Shown one piece after another: positions 42,588 to 53,495 of a DNA stretch of 64,000 nucleotides. The position numbers and the translations under genes were made by a program. Origin of the DNA: Perkinsela sp. CCAP 1560/9. Lineage: Eukaryota > Protista > Euglenozoa: Kinetoplastea. The stretch is from NCBI GenBank assembly GCA_965644495.1, contig CBFFSA010000006.1, forward strand, positions 372,001 to 436,000. The letters are read 5' to 3'. The notes beneath the pieces are model-generated. The model ran no database searches. It worked only from the letters and a program-made list of their open reading frames with translations, and was not told the DNA's origin. The number at the start of each line of letters is the position of its first letter. Position 1 is the stretch's first letter.

Positions 42588-42998
42588 AGAAAGGGAGAGG
42601 GAGGGGGAGGGGGGGTAACGTGTAGGGGTAGTGAAAAGCAAAGGTGGGTTTGTTTTTTCTGTGGTTGTTTGGATGGGTAGAATAGAGGAGAGTTGTGAAT
42701 GGCTTGAATGTAGTAATATGGAGTGTATTTATCGTTCTAGATAGTAACTTTTGAAGTGTCAACGGGTATGATGATTCAAGTGATTTCAGAGACGCGCATG
42801 CGGAGTACATTACATGAGTAGTTATGTACATCCTTGAACTGAGTAGCCTACCATTGGAAGTACATGTAGTAGATTCCGCTTGTAAATTACATGTTAACCC
42901 TTATGGACATGGTCATTGTTCGCTTATAAATATTAATAGGCTTTAAATATTAATATATATTCTTATGCTGGCAAATTTAACTTTTCTTTTGAAGACTT

Positions 42999-45563
42999 AT
43001 GTTCGTATCTCTAATGTATAGAACATATAGAAAAAGCGTTCAAACTCGCCTTGACGATAAAATAGATCTGATTTCTTTGTTCGAATCTAAAGCAAAACTT
43101 CGGAACTTTGAGCAGGTGTCTACTCGAAACGTTATGCCTGGTACTGAAGATTGCGCCGCGCCTAACGCACAACAGGCTTTTGAACACATCAGGAAGGAGT
43201 TTAGCGTGAGAAACGACCAAAATAATATGCCGTTTTGCGGTAAGACGCTGCGAATTGCAAGGGAATCTTGTCTCAAGGCCGTAGGAGAGTGTACTAACAA
43301 TGCTGTAGAAAGACAATATAACAACACGTCAAAAAGTAGAAAAATGTCTGATATGTTCGTACACTCTAGCGATGCCAAGATGGGTAGTACAAAGCCATGT
43401 ACCAGCAGTTCTAATACGGAGAAGGCTTTTGCAATTCGTGATAATGTAAATGGAAAGATATTGAATTCGCAAACTGTGCAACACACTGTGTCTGAAAAAA
43501 GGTTTTCAAAAGAACTGACTGAGGTTTTTTCTACTGTGAAAAGGAATGTTGAAAAGCAAAATAATGTCCGCGAGTACAATGTTATACTACTTAACTGCCT
43601 AAAGAATCAGATAATGCCTGCGCAACAAACTTTACTTGAACGATCGGTGAAGAAAGCGCGTACTTTGTATTCAAAGAACAAACAAGAAAAGGTATTGAAT
43701 CTATTACCTGAGGCTGAGTGGCGTTCAATGAAGAGTCTTCCGAATGACCATACATTAGATTTAGAAACGGGTCGCCTATGCAATATCTCCCGCTCTTTTC
43801 AAAGGACTCGTTCAACGTGTCAGAGGACCGAAATAGCAGATGTTCAAATTAACGAAATTACTAGCAACGGAAAAATAGTATTTTCGCCGTCTAATGATAA
43901 TACTCGAAGTGTGGTACCGGCTAGTGAGAACCATCGATATCTCTTATGCGTCTTACATGGTACGGGCAAAGGTACTACACAAGCCATAGAAACGTTGTCC
44001 AGCGTTTTCCGGATTTCAAAAGAGCGGTTTTCGACTACACAGCTTCACGAACGTAATGTTGTTTTCTCGCAGCTAATTTCTATTGAATTTAAGCAACCCG
44101 CTGATAAATTCGTCACACTTGTGAAACGTATCAATAACTGTCAAACTCACCTAATAAAGCTTTGTCCTTTTTCTTGGGAAAGAAATAAACTGCAGGTCGG
44201 AAATTTAAAAGGAAATTATTACTCACTGCTTCTTCGCCATTTCAAGGACAGGACATCAACTCTGGAGCGTCATGTTTCAACTTTGGGCTCAAATGGATTT
44301 ATTAACTATTTCAGTCAGCGTCGATTTGGGTTTTGTTCCTTTGGAAACCATCTAATTGGTCTTTGTGTAGCACGGAAAGACTTTGAGACGGCTTTAACAA
44401 TGATAGTGCAAAATGAAGCCGAGCGTATTGGAACGACAGATGTTCAGTCGATATTTTCTCGTCATCCATGGGTGCAACAGTTTACCTCTGTTCTATGTGA
44501 CAAAAAAGAGGGTGAAAATATTCTGGAATCAATTTATCATAGTCTTCCGATTTCGGAACGAATGTTACATTTTACGGCGCTTAGGAGTTATCTGTGGAAT
44601 TTATTGGCATCTTGCCGATACAGCGCTGCGTTGGTTGACTCTACAAGTGCCTGTGTAGGTGACCTCATTGGTGGCGACAGCCCTGGGATGAGCGCCGTTT
44701 CGTGGGAAAATGTCGATTCTGAAACACCTACTCTAAACAACCACGACAATGTCCATAATCTCCTAGCTCAGCGGTTTCCCAGAGACACAGTGAATTCTAA
44801 ACTTATTACAGAAGTGGATTCTCAAGATCTGGCCACGACCACCAGTATTGAGCAAGTTCTCGTGGCAATACCGTTGAATCCATCCTCACCTTGTTGCTCC
44901 CTTGAAAAAGAAATGTGCAAATCCTTACATATCCGTAAAGGTAATCTTTTACGAAATTTTGGTCTTACTGAAATATTGCGTTCCAAAGATTGCAATGCAG
45001 AATATCGCTACATTATAGCTCGTCCACGAAAATATAGTATCTTTGTAATACCGGAAAGTGAAAAATTAGAGTCAAGTATCCGATTGCGCTCCGATCAAAA
45101 TATCGCATGCACGTCCGAACCACTGCTGTCGCGTACAGAACTCGCCGGTTCACTTCTATCCCTTCGTTTATTTTCTTCATGTTGTCGGGCAGCAAGAGCG
45201 AAGACAACACTTTACGGTTCGTATGCCAGAAGAGGAACTCGAGCTGCAGCTATTGGTTTCATGTTACCTTATCCATCTATGTGCTCTGCCGCCCTTCGAG
45301 AAGTCGTCCGTTTTAAGCGACAAGTACAAAGGTGGCCAGTATGTGGTGCTGAAGGTGATCACGAAGAACCGGCGCAGAGGCCCGTTCGGTTGCGGGAGGT
45401 TGCTAATCTTGACCAACAAGAAGACGTACGCCACGAAGGTGACTACTTGAAGATAGGGTTTCATAGAAAGAGTTTAAGAAATGCTACAAATCAAAAGCTC
45501 ACGGGGACACATCGAGATAAGCTGAAGAAAAAGTTTGAATGGGATGTTGACAAATTGAGTTGA
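42999..45563 (+). CDS. TruD/PUS7-family pseudouridine synthase-like protein, probably catalytically inactive
   Basis: L.VGNLKGN.Y.L.LR, NGFINYFSQRRFG, NHLIG, A.RSYLWN.LAS.R, EYR.II.RP, F.LP...A.LRE; the GxKD motif reads QLHE. Confidence 0.85.
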   Translation: MFVSLMYRTYRKSVQTRLDDKIDLISLFESKAKLRNFEQVSTRNVMPGTEDCAAPNAQQAFEHIRKEFSVRNDQNNMPFCGKTLRIARESCLKAVGECTNNAVERQYNNTSKSRKMSDMFVHSSDAKMGSTKPCTSSSNTEKAFAIRDNVNGKILNSQTVQHTVSEKRFSKELTEVFSTVKRNVEKQNNVREYNVILLNCLKNQIMPAQQTLLERSVKKARTLYSKNKQEKVLNLLPEAEWRSMKSLPNDHTLDLETGRLCNISRSFQRTRSTCQRTEIADVQINEITSNGKIVFSPSNDNTRSVVPASENHRYLLCVLHGTGKGTTQAIETLSSVFRISKERFSTTQLHERNVVFSQLISIEFKQPADKFVTLVKRINNCQTHLIKLCPFSWERNKLQVGNLKGNYYSLLLRHFKDRTSTLERHVSTLGSNGFINYFSQRRFGFCSFGNHLIGLCVARKDFETALTMIVQNEAERIGTTDVQSIFSRHPWVQQFTSVLCDKKEGENILESIYHSLPISERMLHFTALRSYLWNLLASCRYSAALVDSTSACVGDLIGGDSPGMSAVSWENVDSETPTLNNHDNVHNLLAQRFPRDTVNSKLITEVDSQDLATTTSIEQVLVAIPLNPSSPCCSLEKEMCKSLHIRKGNLLRNFGLTEILRSKDCNAEYRYIIARPRKYSIFVIPESEKLESSIRLRSDQNIACTSEPLLSRTELAGSLLSLRLFSSCCRAARAKTTLYGSYARRGTRAAAIGFMLPYPSMCSAALREVVRFKRQVQRWPVCGAEGDHEEPAQRPVRLREVANLDQQEDVRHEGDYLKIGFHRKSLRNATNQKLTGTHRDKLKKKFEWDVDKLS

Positions 45564-45851
45564 TTTTCCCACATAGCGGTGAAGCGAGCTGTGTTGTCTT
45601 TTATTATAAAAGACCTATACAATATAGGTGGTGAGAATTTATTCCCAGGTTCCCGGGCGAAACGCTTCCTTTATAAAGTTTACTTTCCAATTTTTACAGA
45701 TTTTATTTGTCCAATATATTTGCTTCTCCAATTCGAGTACCCCCCACTAATAGTGCCGTTCGGCTAATACCTGGGGTACGATAAGTGGGGCTCAGCATAT
45801 CAACTTGATAGTGATAACGATTGACTAGCCGTTATTGTGTACAAGTTAAAT

Positions 45852-47348
45852 ATGCTGTTTAGGAGAAGGCTCTTGCATTCAAAAAGTTGTATCTTTGATA
45901 TCTGTCTCGTGGGAGGTGGTGTAGTTGGCGCAACTTTATTCGCTGCGCTGTCAAGATATCCAGAGTTTCGTAATCTTCGCGTTTGTATGATTGATGACGG
46001 GAACAGAGAGCGCGTTCTTTCTTTTGGTGTCGAAAATTCCGAGTATACTGAACTCCGAACTGTGGCACTTTCACCTGCTTCAGAGAATGTAATAAATAAC
46101 GTTTATGGAAAGGCTAAGAGCATCCAAGATTTAGGAAGTAGTTTTAAGGACCATGTTTCACTATTAGACACTCTGCCGATTTGTCGATATTCGCATCTTA
46201 CCGTCAGAGACACCGCAAAGAAAGTCATGACTCTCCCTGGAAAAGGTTGTGTGATCGGCATAACCGCTTTACAAAACTCCTTATTTAAGGCTATGGAAGA
46301 AATTTCCCATACACCGAACGGTTTCTCTAGCATTGGAAAGAAAATACATGACCATGAAAAAGACCAAGTTCGCGAGAAACCACCAAGCTCTCAATATCAT
46401 GATCGCGCAGTTTGGATGAACGGATGTGTAACGCGAGTTGTTCTTCCGTCCGAAACCACAGGCACAGCCACAATACAGTACCGATCGAACACCGACAGAG
46501 TGCAATGCAAAATTACACCACACAAACGTGATTTTATGAGTGAACGCGAAATTCGGGCAAAATTAGTCGTCGGATGCGATGGAATTCGTTCGCTTGTAAA
46601 AACTGCATTGGGGAATACAGTGGTAATGCTTGACTACAACCAGCGAGCGTGCGTGTTTTCTGTACTGTTGGATTCTCATGCCGCTAATGCTGAAAGAAAT
46701 TCGATATGCTATCAGAATTTTTTGCCCAACGGTTCTATTGTGGGAATGCTGCCTACTGGAAACCATTCGGCAAACATTATTTACTCCACCAATACGCTAG
46801 AAGCGCGAAAACTAGAAGCCACTGATGGAGAGGCGAAGATTATTGATGTTTTAAATGCGTCACTGTGCGATCTTGCTCCGCGCGACATTCCACGCATAAC
46901 CGGATTGCAGAAAGATCAGAGTCCGAACCCGTACCACGGACAATACAAAGTTTCCTTTCCTTTGGCAATGATGAAAGTGTCAAAGCCTTACGGACCCAAT
47001 GTCCTTTTAGTTGGTGACGCGGCACGTGCAGTGCATCCACTTGCAGGGCAGGGGCTTAATCTTGGCCTGTACGATGCCGTAGCTTTTCTCAAAGGCCTCG
47101 CCGAAACAATATTCGTAGGCGGTGATCTGAGCAAAGAGGTTGGACCCCGATACACTTCAAATATTAAGTGCTCGTCTTACGTGATGGAAGCAGCTATTGA
47201 AGCGACTCGTATTGGTCTATCTAGTAATAATTTTTGGGTAAAGCACGTGCGTTCTATCGGGATGGAGATGTTTAACCATAGTCCACTGTTACAGAGGTCT
47301 GTTGTAGCTTTGGCATCTGGAAAGCACAGCAATACTACCCTTTTTTAG
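45852..47348 (+). CDS. COQ6: Ubiquinone biosynthesis FAD monooxygenase COQ6/UbiH family
   Basis: DICLVGGGVVG, LVVGCDGIRS.V, DYNQRA, YQNFLPNG...LP, VGDAA.AVHPLAGQGLNLG. Confidence 0.88.
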   Translation: MLFRRRLLHSKSCIFDICLVGGGVVGATLFAALSRYPEFRNLRVCMIDDGNRERVLSFGVENSEYTELRTVALSPASENVINNVYGKAKSIQDLGSSFKDHVSLLDTLPICRYSHLTVRDTAKKVMTLPGKGCVIGITALQNSLFKAMEEISHTPNGFSSIGKKIHDHEKDQVREKPPSSQYHDRAVWMNGCVTRVVLPSETTGTATIQYRSNTDRVQCKITPHKRDFMSEREIRAKLVVGCDGIRSLVKTALGNTVVMLDYNQRACVFSVLLDSHAANAERNSICYQNFLPNGSIVGMLPTGNHSANIIYSTNTLEARKLEATDGEAKIIDVLNASLCDLAPRDIPRITGLQKDQSPNPYHGQYKVSFPLAMMKVSKPYGPNVLLVGDAARAVHPLAGQGLNLGLYDAVAFLKGLAETIFVGGDLSKEVGPRYTSNIKCSSYVMEAAIEATRIGLSSNNFWVKHVRSIGMEMFNHSPLLQRSVVALASGKHSNTTLF

Positions 47349-48199
47349 CAAGTGTTCCTCTGATATTAGTAGTTCATCTATAGTATGGATACGGGACTGC
47401 GTTAGTCTCCTCAGACTACACATCCATCTGTACGATTGGTCCCAGCTAAACGTTTCATGGTAATTTTTTCAACTAGTTAGAGAAGTCATGCGCAATTGTC
47501 ATGTGCATCAGTGTGTATATGCACTATGCGTCCCCAGCATGTGCCGTATTGCAATGTCTCCCTACTTGAATGTTCGTCTATTTTGTACCTTTAGCCTCTT
47601 AAATAGGGGGTCAAATAAAAATCAAAATTCTTCAAAGCACACATACTAGCAACCAAAATAGTAGATATTCTGAAGTACATAGTAGGCACAGTATCCTGAC
47701 ATCATAGAGGGGGGGGGGCAACGCGTCTGTGGTGATTGGCAGAATATGGCAGAATTCGAAAGTGAACCACAAAAAAATTTCGGCGCCGCTGCGCGGCGCC
47801 TATGTTTTTCCCCCTTATGTGTTGTATTCGTAGCGTGTGGCGTATGGACAGAATTGGTGGTGGTGCTAAAGCTGCAAAATGACTCATCTGGTAAATATTT
47901 TACGTAAAAAATTCACTATCCTGAATTGGTTTCTTCTAATATTTACAAAAATCGTTTTTTTTTAGAATTTTAAATCCTTCTATTTCACCTTACAAACGTG
48001 TAGCATTGATAGAATATTACGTACTTGAGATCAAAAACCTTTTGATAATACTCGATATACCACGTTATCGATTGAAGGCACTCCTGTACTACCGTGGGCA
48101 CAATTTTGTTGCCAAAGATCAGACACTCGCTTTCACCTGCAAAGCAGCAAGCTTGAGTAGAATTTTGTACCGCAATGTTGCAAGAAAATGGAGAGAGTA

Positions 48200-49263
48200 C
48201 AGTAAACGTCACTATTCTGAGAGTCGCTAAAAATGAGAATTGGGCTGTCAACGTACAACTGGCTAAAATGAGAATGCACCTTGGAAAATGAGAATGGAGC
48301 TTCGGTCATGTGACAACGGTCAATTCAATTTTACACTCAAAGATGAGAATTGAAAAAAACGCTTTCGTTCCCTCACTGATTATTAATCAGTGATTAACTC
48401 ACTGCTTCATCTTCGCTCACTGGAGAGTATGCGAGAGATCAGTGAAAATCACTGGGGATACCGTATACTCCCCCAGTAATGGACCCCCCAGTAGCAGATA
48501 TTTCGCCATTTTTGGGCCGGCACACAGTAACAAGGATTTGTCTCGGGGGGGGGGGGGGGGGGGGTTGGAGGGGGGGTGTCTGGACGGGATGAGGGTGGTT
48601 GTGCAGTAGCGAATCGCGTGGTTTCGGGGTTGGCTGGACAGCAAATCAACGCACTCATGAACGAAAAAGGCCTTTGCCCACCCAGCAACGAAAAAGCATA
48701 CCCCACCCAGCAACAAGGATTTGGCCTTTATGGTCCAAAATCGATTCTATTACTGGGGGGGTATAGGTAGGTAGAGATAGATGGGGGTCACAGAGGATCA
48801 CTTGAGATCATTTTTATCGTTGTCCCTTCTCTTCTTCCATTCATGAAAGGCATATAAATGTCTGTGAGACCAAAAAAAGAAAAGAAAACACTGATTTAGG
48901 TGACTACGAGTAATGAAACTTTGTTTTTCTGAAAACAAAACGCTAATACACAAAAGGAAAACTGGCGCTGTTTGACTGCGCGGTGTTCTTCTGATAGAGC
49001 GGGGACTCCGCAAACCAAGGAGATAGTTGGAGATCTCTGGGGGTCGTTTTTGTGCACCCAAAGCGTCCTGTTGCTCCGCTGCTAACATTTTTCTTGCAAA
49101 ACGTTTTCTTTTTTAAAAATGAGAATTATGATTTGACCTCATAAAAAAGTGCCTGTCAACGTTCAATAGACCAATTCTGAGAATAGTGACGAAAAACGAC
49201 AAAAAAGCCGTTTTTTCTGTGTCAACGTACAACTGAGTATTCTGAGAATAGTGACGTTTACTG
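48200..49263. mobile_element. MITE, 1064 bp, TA TSD, inserted in the transposase
   Basis: 19-bp perfect TIR cagtaaacgtcactattct / agaatagtgacgtttactg; TA at 48198-99 and 49264-65; internal aaaatgagaat and tgtcaacgtacaactg repeats. Confidence 0.9.
48461..48767. mobile_element. Nested MITE (ccgta-type terminus, pogo/Tc2-like), ~307 bp
   Basis: TA|ccgtatactcccccagtaat ... attactgggggggtatagg|TA. Confidence 0.7.
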
Positions 49264-51646
49264 TAATGGTTTATTTTTTCAGCGTCTTGTTTTTTTCCGA
49301 CGAAGCGTGGATGGAAGCGGGGGATTGGTCACGGGGTGCATGGCAAAGCGAGCAAGACCGTATTCCCATGGACTCATCATCCTAGAAAGCTCATGATATG
49401 GGATGCCATAAATCAGCAAGGAACAATTTTACGGCACCGGTGCGATTTTTCTGCGTTTTATGCTGAAAAAGCCACCCGTTTACTATCTCCTGGAAAAAGA
49501 CGAGAACGGTTTCCAAAGGAGCTAAAGTTTGGATCCCTGTACTATCGCAGACAAGTTTTGTCCAGTATTTGGCTTCCCTACAGTAATGACCACGGAAATT
49601 CAATACTGTTAGATGACGGCGCCCCAGCTCACCGAGCAAAAAGACTCAAGACTGGTTCTCGATTATGTACGCCTCTAGAGATGAAGTTCCCTATCTATCA
49701 ATATCAAAGCCCATATGGAAGAGTTTTGCCACCGTGGCCTTCTGACTCTCCGGATCTGAATCCGATTGAGGACCTGTGGTCTAACATGAAACTTTATAGA
49801 AATACGAAATGCCCAATGACCATATCCCAAATTAAAAAAGTTTGCTAAGAGTAAATGAAATTTCCGGACACACTGGCACTTTGTTCAAAATTTCACTTGA
49901 GTTTTAAAAAGCGCTTGGAAGTATGCGTGGCAGTAAAAGGGAAAAAAAATCCGTATTGAGAGCCTTTCCAGGGCAAGTTTCTGTTCTTGACATCCATCTG
50001 TTCTTGACATATTGTGTGTTGAGCAATAAATTGTGCTTCATCTAAATGTTTGTAAAAAAACAGGTAAAAATGCACTTCTCAATAAATAAAAATGGGTAAA
50101 ATCGTCAAAGTAAGGAAAAAAAAAGTAAAAAGGAAAAATTTACTTGAAAATACTTGAAATTTTCGATTTTTCTAGTACTTTTTTCTGCATTTAGTCAGTT
50201 TATTTAAGTGCAAAAATATTCTTCCCGGCAAGTCCTGGACGAGAGCAGCACGAATATGCATTTGTTTTCCCCCAACTCACTCAGATCTTTTGTGCAGAAC
50301 CGTTCAGAAACCCTATGATCGACTCTGTAACAACTTTGGATAGATGCAGTGTATCTACAATATTACACAAGGGCAAACTTCTCTTTAAGACTTTCTTATC
50401 TTATCTTACAGTCTCCATCGGGATCAGTAGAATTGAGTCCGTGTTGGGCCCCAACAATGGCACGAAGTTTCTTTCCCGCTTCGCTAATGAATCCATCCCG
50501 CACGTGCTCGGTGCCAAGCTACCCACCACGAAAGGAGATGAGGTCGAGTATCAACTTGGCGACACCCGCTTCGCGCAACACAAGCATGAACAAACGGTGA
50601 AAGTGAAGCATTATTTCACATAAAAAATATTTTGTTTTTGTAAATTTTTTTATGTGCTCTAGCTGTTGCCTTATTATATTTTCCGTGCATTGAAAGTGTT
50701 TTTCTGACATTTTTTTGCATACAGCTGCACTTTTTCGCCGTGACGGTACGCTTGTTAGTGGGGAAGAAGCGTGAGATAATCGGCTGAAGTTCGCCTGAGA
50801 AATTGTGATACTTAAGCTAAAGAGAGGAGAACAGGAAGATTATGCTCTCCGTCGCTTATTTTAGCACCTCAAACGGTATTGCGAGAACGTAGTAATCGTT
50901 CTTGAACAAGTGCAAGATAGTTAAATTTTTCTTTTTTGCTAGAATAGGGCGATAATAATGTTTTGAAAAAAGTGTGAAATAATGCTTCACTTTGACCGAA
51001 CAAACATATTTGCTCATCATTGCAATTCATATTCATTGCAATGAATGCTGCAAATACACCATAAGCATCCTCGGACCCAATCTGGAAAAAAAACGATGCT
51101 AGCAGGGAGCATGTAAAACCCGTAAATGCGAGGCACTCCGCATCATTCGTAATGGGAAAAATGGACATTGGTGAAGAAAACTATTTATGAGGATGCAAGA
51201 ACATAAATCCAAGAGTGGAAGGTGAAGGCAACAATACAAAAGTAATAAAAAACAGGAGAAAGGGAAAGATTTTTACGCAAAACAATATGCCCACCGAAAG
51301 AAATTTCGCCGGAGGGGTCACCCCCGGGTAGGGGGGTGGAAAATGCGCGCCAAGACCCCGGCTACTGCTTCTGATGGTTTTTTTCGAAAAATATTTTTCT
51401 CAAAAGAAATTTCGTGCGTTATGCCCCCCCTAGACCCCCCCTAAACCCCCTCCCGTAGCCCCCCCCCCCCATAGATCCCCCATTTTTTTCAATTTTTGAC
51501 CACCGGAGCGCCTTTTACATTTTTTTTCTATTTGTATTACTGTGTTCCTTTTTATATTTTTTCTTCGATTATATTACTGTGTTCCTTTTTATACAGTATT
51601 TTCCCTGTTTTTGTTCACTTTTTTTCAATAATCGAGGGTAGAGCGG

Positions 51647-52181
51647 TAGTTATACAACCACCGCAATAAGTTGATTTACCTTTATCCACTTAAATGAAGA
51701 GGAAGACAGAAGAAGAAGACATGGAGGGCTCTGCAGCGCCAACCGTTAGGGCAGAGTCTCAGGTCACCGACCTTCATTGTCTTGCTACCCCCTTCCCAGG
51801 CGGCACTCGACGCCTTGCGGCCCGAGCACGGCTACCCAACCGTAGCTACCAGGACGGGCGTCCAACCCCGTTGCATCGTGTAGGCTGTATCTCAAGCCTC
51901 CTTTGCGTAAGCAGATCGCAATTTAGCGGCTGCGCTGGAGCCTGGTTCAGCTCGGAGGTTCCGGGTCGGTCCTCCAGGGGAGCGGAGCTGGGTGTGGTCC
52001 TTGAAGGCACTCCTGATCGCTTTCCCTTTGTAGTGAGGCCGCCAGGTTGCGAGTTTTGTCGATAGTGGGAATCGAACCAACAACCTGCAGGTTGTAAGGC
52101 CACCGCCTACGAACTACGCCCGCACCGCTTTCCACTTAAATACAATTCCACTTAAATACAATTGCGGTGGTTGCATAACTA
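51647..52181. mobile_element. Short TIR element hosting the SINE-like insertion
   Basis: 21-bp inverted repeat tagttatacaaccaccgcaat / attgcggtggttgcataacta (1 mismatch); the outer TA may be the TSD. Confidence 0.7.
51696..52130 (-). mobile_element. tRNA-derived SINE-like element, 435 bp
   Basis: Minus-strand 5' tRNA-like head with B box GGTTCGATTCC and TTACAA loop; GC-rich structured body; (TTC)n-like tail; 11-bp TSD tccacttaaat at 51685-95 and 52131-41. Confidence 0.78.
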
Positions 52182-52212
52182 TAAAGATACAATTTCTGTA
52201 CCCTGTTGGTAC
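52179..52212 (+). pseudogene. Degenerate spliced-leader (mini-exon)-like sequence
   Basis: ctataaagatACAATTTCTGTACCCTGTTG|GTA versus the kinetoplastid SL core ACAGTTTCTGTACTTTATTG|GTA: 19/23 ungapped, all four differences are transitions. Confidence 0.55.
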
Positions 52213-53080
52213 TTTTTCCTTGGCTCATCCTTTCTTTCCCCGGCAACGGGCATAGTCTTACTGTTTTATATGCCCGTTGCCGGCCCGCACTAAGGTCGGA
52301 ACTGGCCCTCTTGTCGCTGAAGCAGGGTACGCGCCATCACCCCTTCACCACTTCCCGACTCACTCCCCTGGAGTGAGTGTGCTTCCCTCCCTCGGCTTCT
52401 CTTTCTCCCGCGCCTGCCTTTCCGTGGAGGCAATGCGTCACGGTGCCTCCCTTGAGGACTACTAGACGTGTCCTGCGCCGACGAGACTCTCGGCTCTCTG
52501 CACCTGTGGGTCGCCCAGCTCTCTGCACCTCGGCTCTGTCGCAGCTCTCCGCACCCGGATTGCCCCCGAAACTGTAATATGGGGATTACGCTCTCTGCAT
52601 ATATGGGGATCCGGCTCTCTGCACCTGCACAAGACAACCGAGCTCTCTGCACCTGGGACCCCAGCTCTCTACACCCGCACACCTCCGGCGAGGACGAAGC
52701 CTCACGTGATGCACCCGTCGTATGCGGGTAAGGATATTGTGAGAATAATCTCTGCACTACAAGTGCATGCCTAAACAAATTCGCCCCAGGCTGCACACTA
52801 CCGTTCCAGGCTGCACACTCGCCAAAGCGGAAGCCGGGAAACTCAAAAAATATGGGGAGATGGCAAGCGACAGAGGAACGGTCCTCTACCCGCTAGCCTT
52901 CACGGTCTTCGGAATCCCGGGGAACGCGACACTCTCCCTTTTGCGGAAGTATAGGAAGAATAGAAAAAGAAATGTCGATACCCTCACAGTAAGTTCGCTT
53001 TCTATATGATGTCAATTTAAACAAGCATATATTCGACATGAAATGAAAACAGTTATTAACACTGATTAGAGAAAAAAATG
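52213..53080 (+). mobile_element. Internally deleted CRE/SLACS-like non-LTR retroelement derivative
   Basis: 5' 15-bp perfect hairpin (ccggcaacgggcata/tatgcccgttgccgg); ~7 gctctctgcacc repeats; ORF 52767-53009 AEAGKLKKYG...LYPLAFTVFG resembles the REL C-terminus at 55750-55880; A-rich end. Confidence 0.65.
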
Positions 53081-53495
53081 TATAAACGATTGTATAGGTA
53101 TGGGGCTCCATTATTCCATTGTTAAAAATAAGGAAGGCCGAATTAAAGTTTCCTCCTTTTGTAAAATTCTGTAGTGCAACTTGAGAAATTAAAATTGCTT
53201 TTTAAACTTTTGCAGACCCTGTGGTGCAATACTTGTCGGTCATATCACATTGCCTAGTGCGCTACTGAATCGTATCAGGACATTCATGTGACCAAGATTT
53301 TATGGACATTCATCGAGTTGATAATTTTTTTGGATTCCCTTTGACTAAGATTTTATAAATGCTATGTTGAACAGTATTGTTCGAAAGTTTGTTATTCAGG
53401 CTGCCCCCCCCCCTCACGTATCTCGCTAAATGATATAAACTCGCAGGATACGATTCCTTTTTATTCACATTTTTTTGAGTCTGTCAAAGGCTCGC

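Larger units (their letters stand above)
47990..49960 (+). pseudogene. Second Tc1-like transposase, interrupted by nested MITEs (5' boundary approximate)
   Basis: ...ARKWRE | insertion | FSDEAW (~49295), KLMIWDAI, LDDGAPAH, WPSDSPDLNPIEDLW, C-terminal CVAVKG. Confidence 0.8.

Noticed and set aside
50315-51170. ORFs 50315-50623 (+) and 50869-51168 (-); the latter is faintly like a Harbinger/ISL2EU transposase N-terminus
   Set aside because: No catalytic motifs or termini recognisable by eye; needs an HMM search
47703-51480. Possible large TIR pair (G-run at 47708, C-run at 51459)
   Set aside because: Similarity is dominated by homopolymer and there is no TSD
52058-52130. Functional tRNA-Val(TAC) gene
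   Set aside because: Acceptor and anticodon stems are mispaired; it is fused to a body and tail within a TSD, so treated as a SINE head
51696-52400. HDV-like ribozyme or divergent Pol III snRNA/7SL gene next to the tRNA-like head
   Set aside because: I could not build the P1-P3/L3 pseudoknot or match U2, U6 or 7SL 5' motifs by eye
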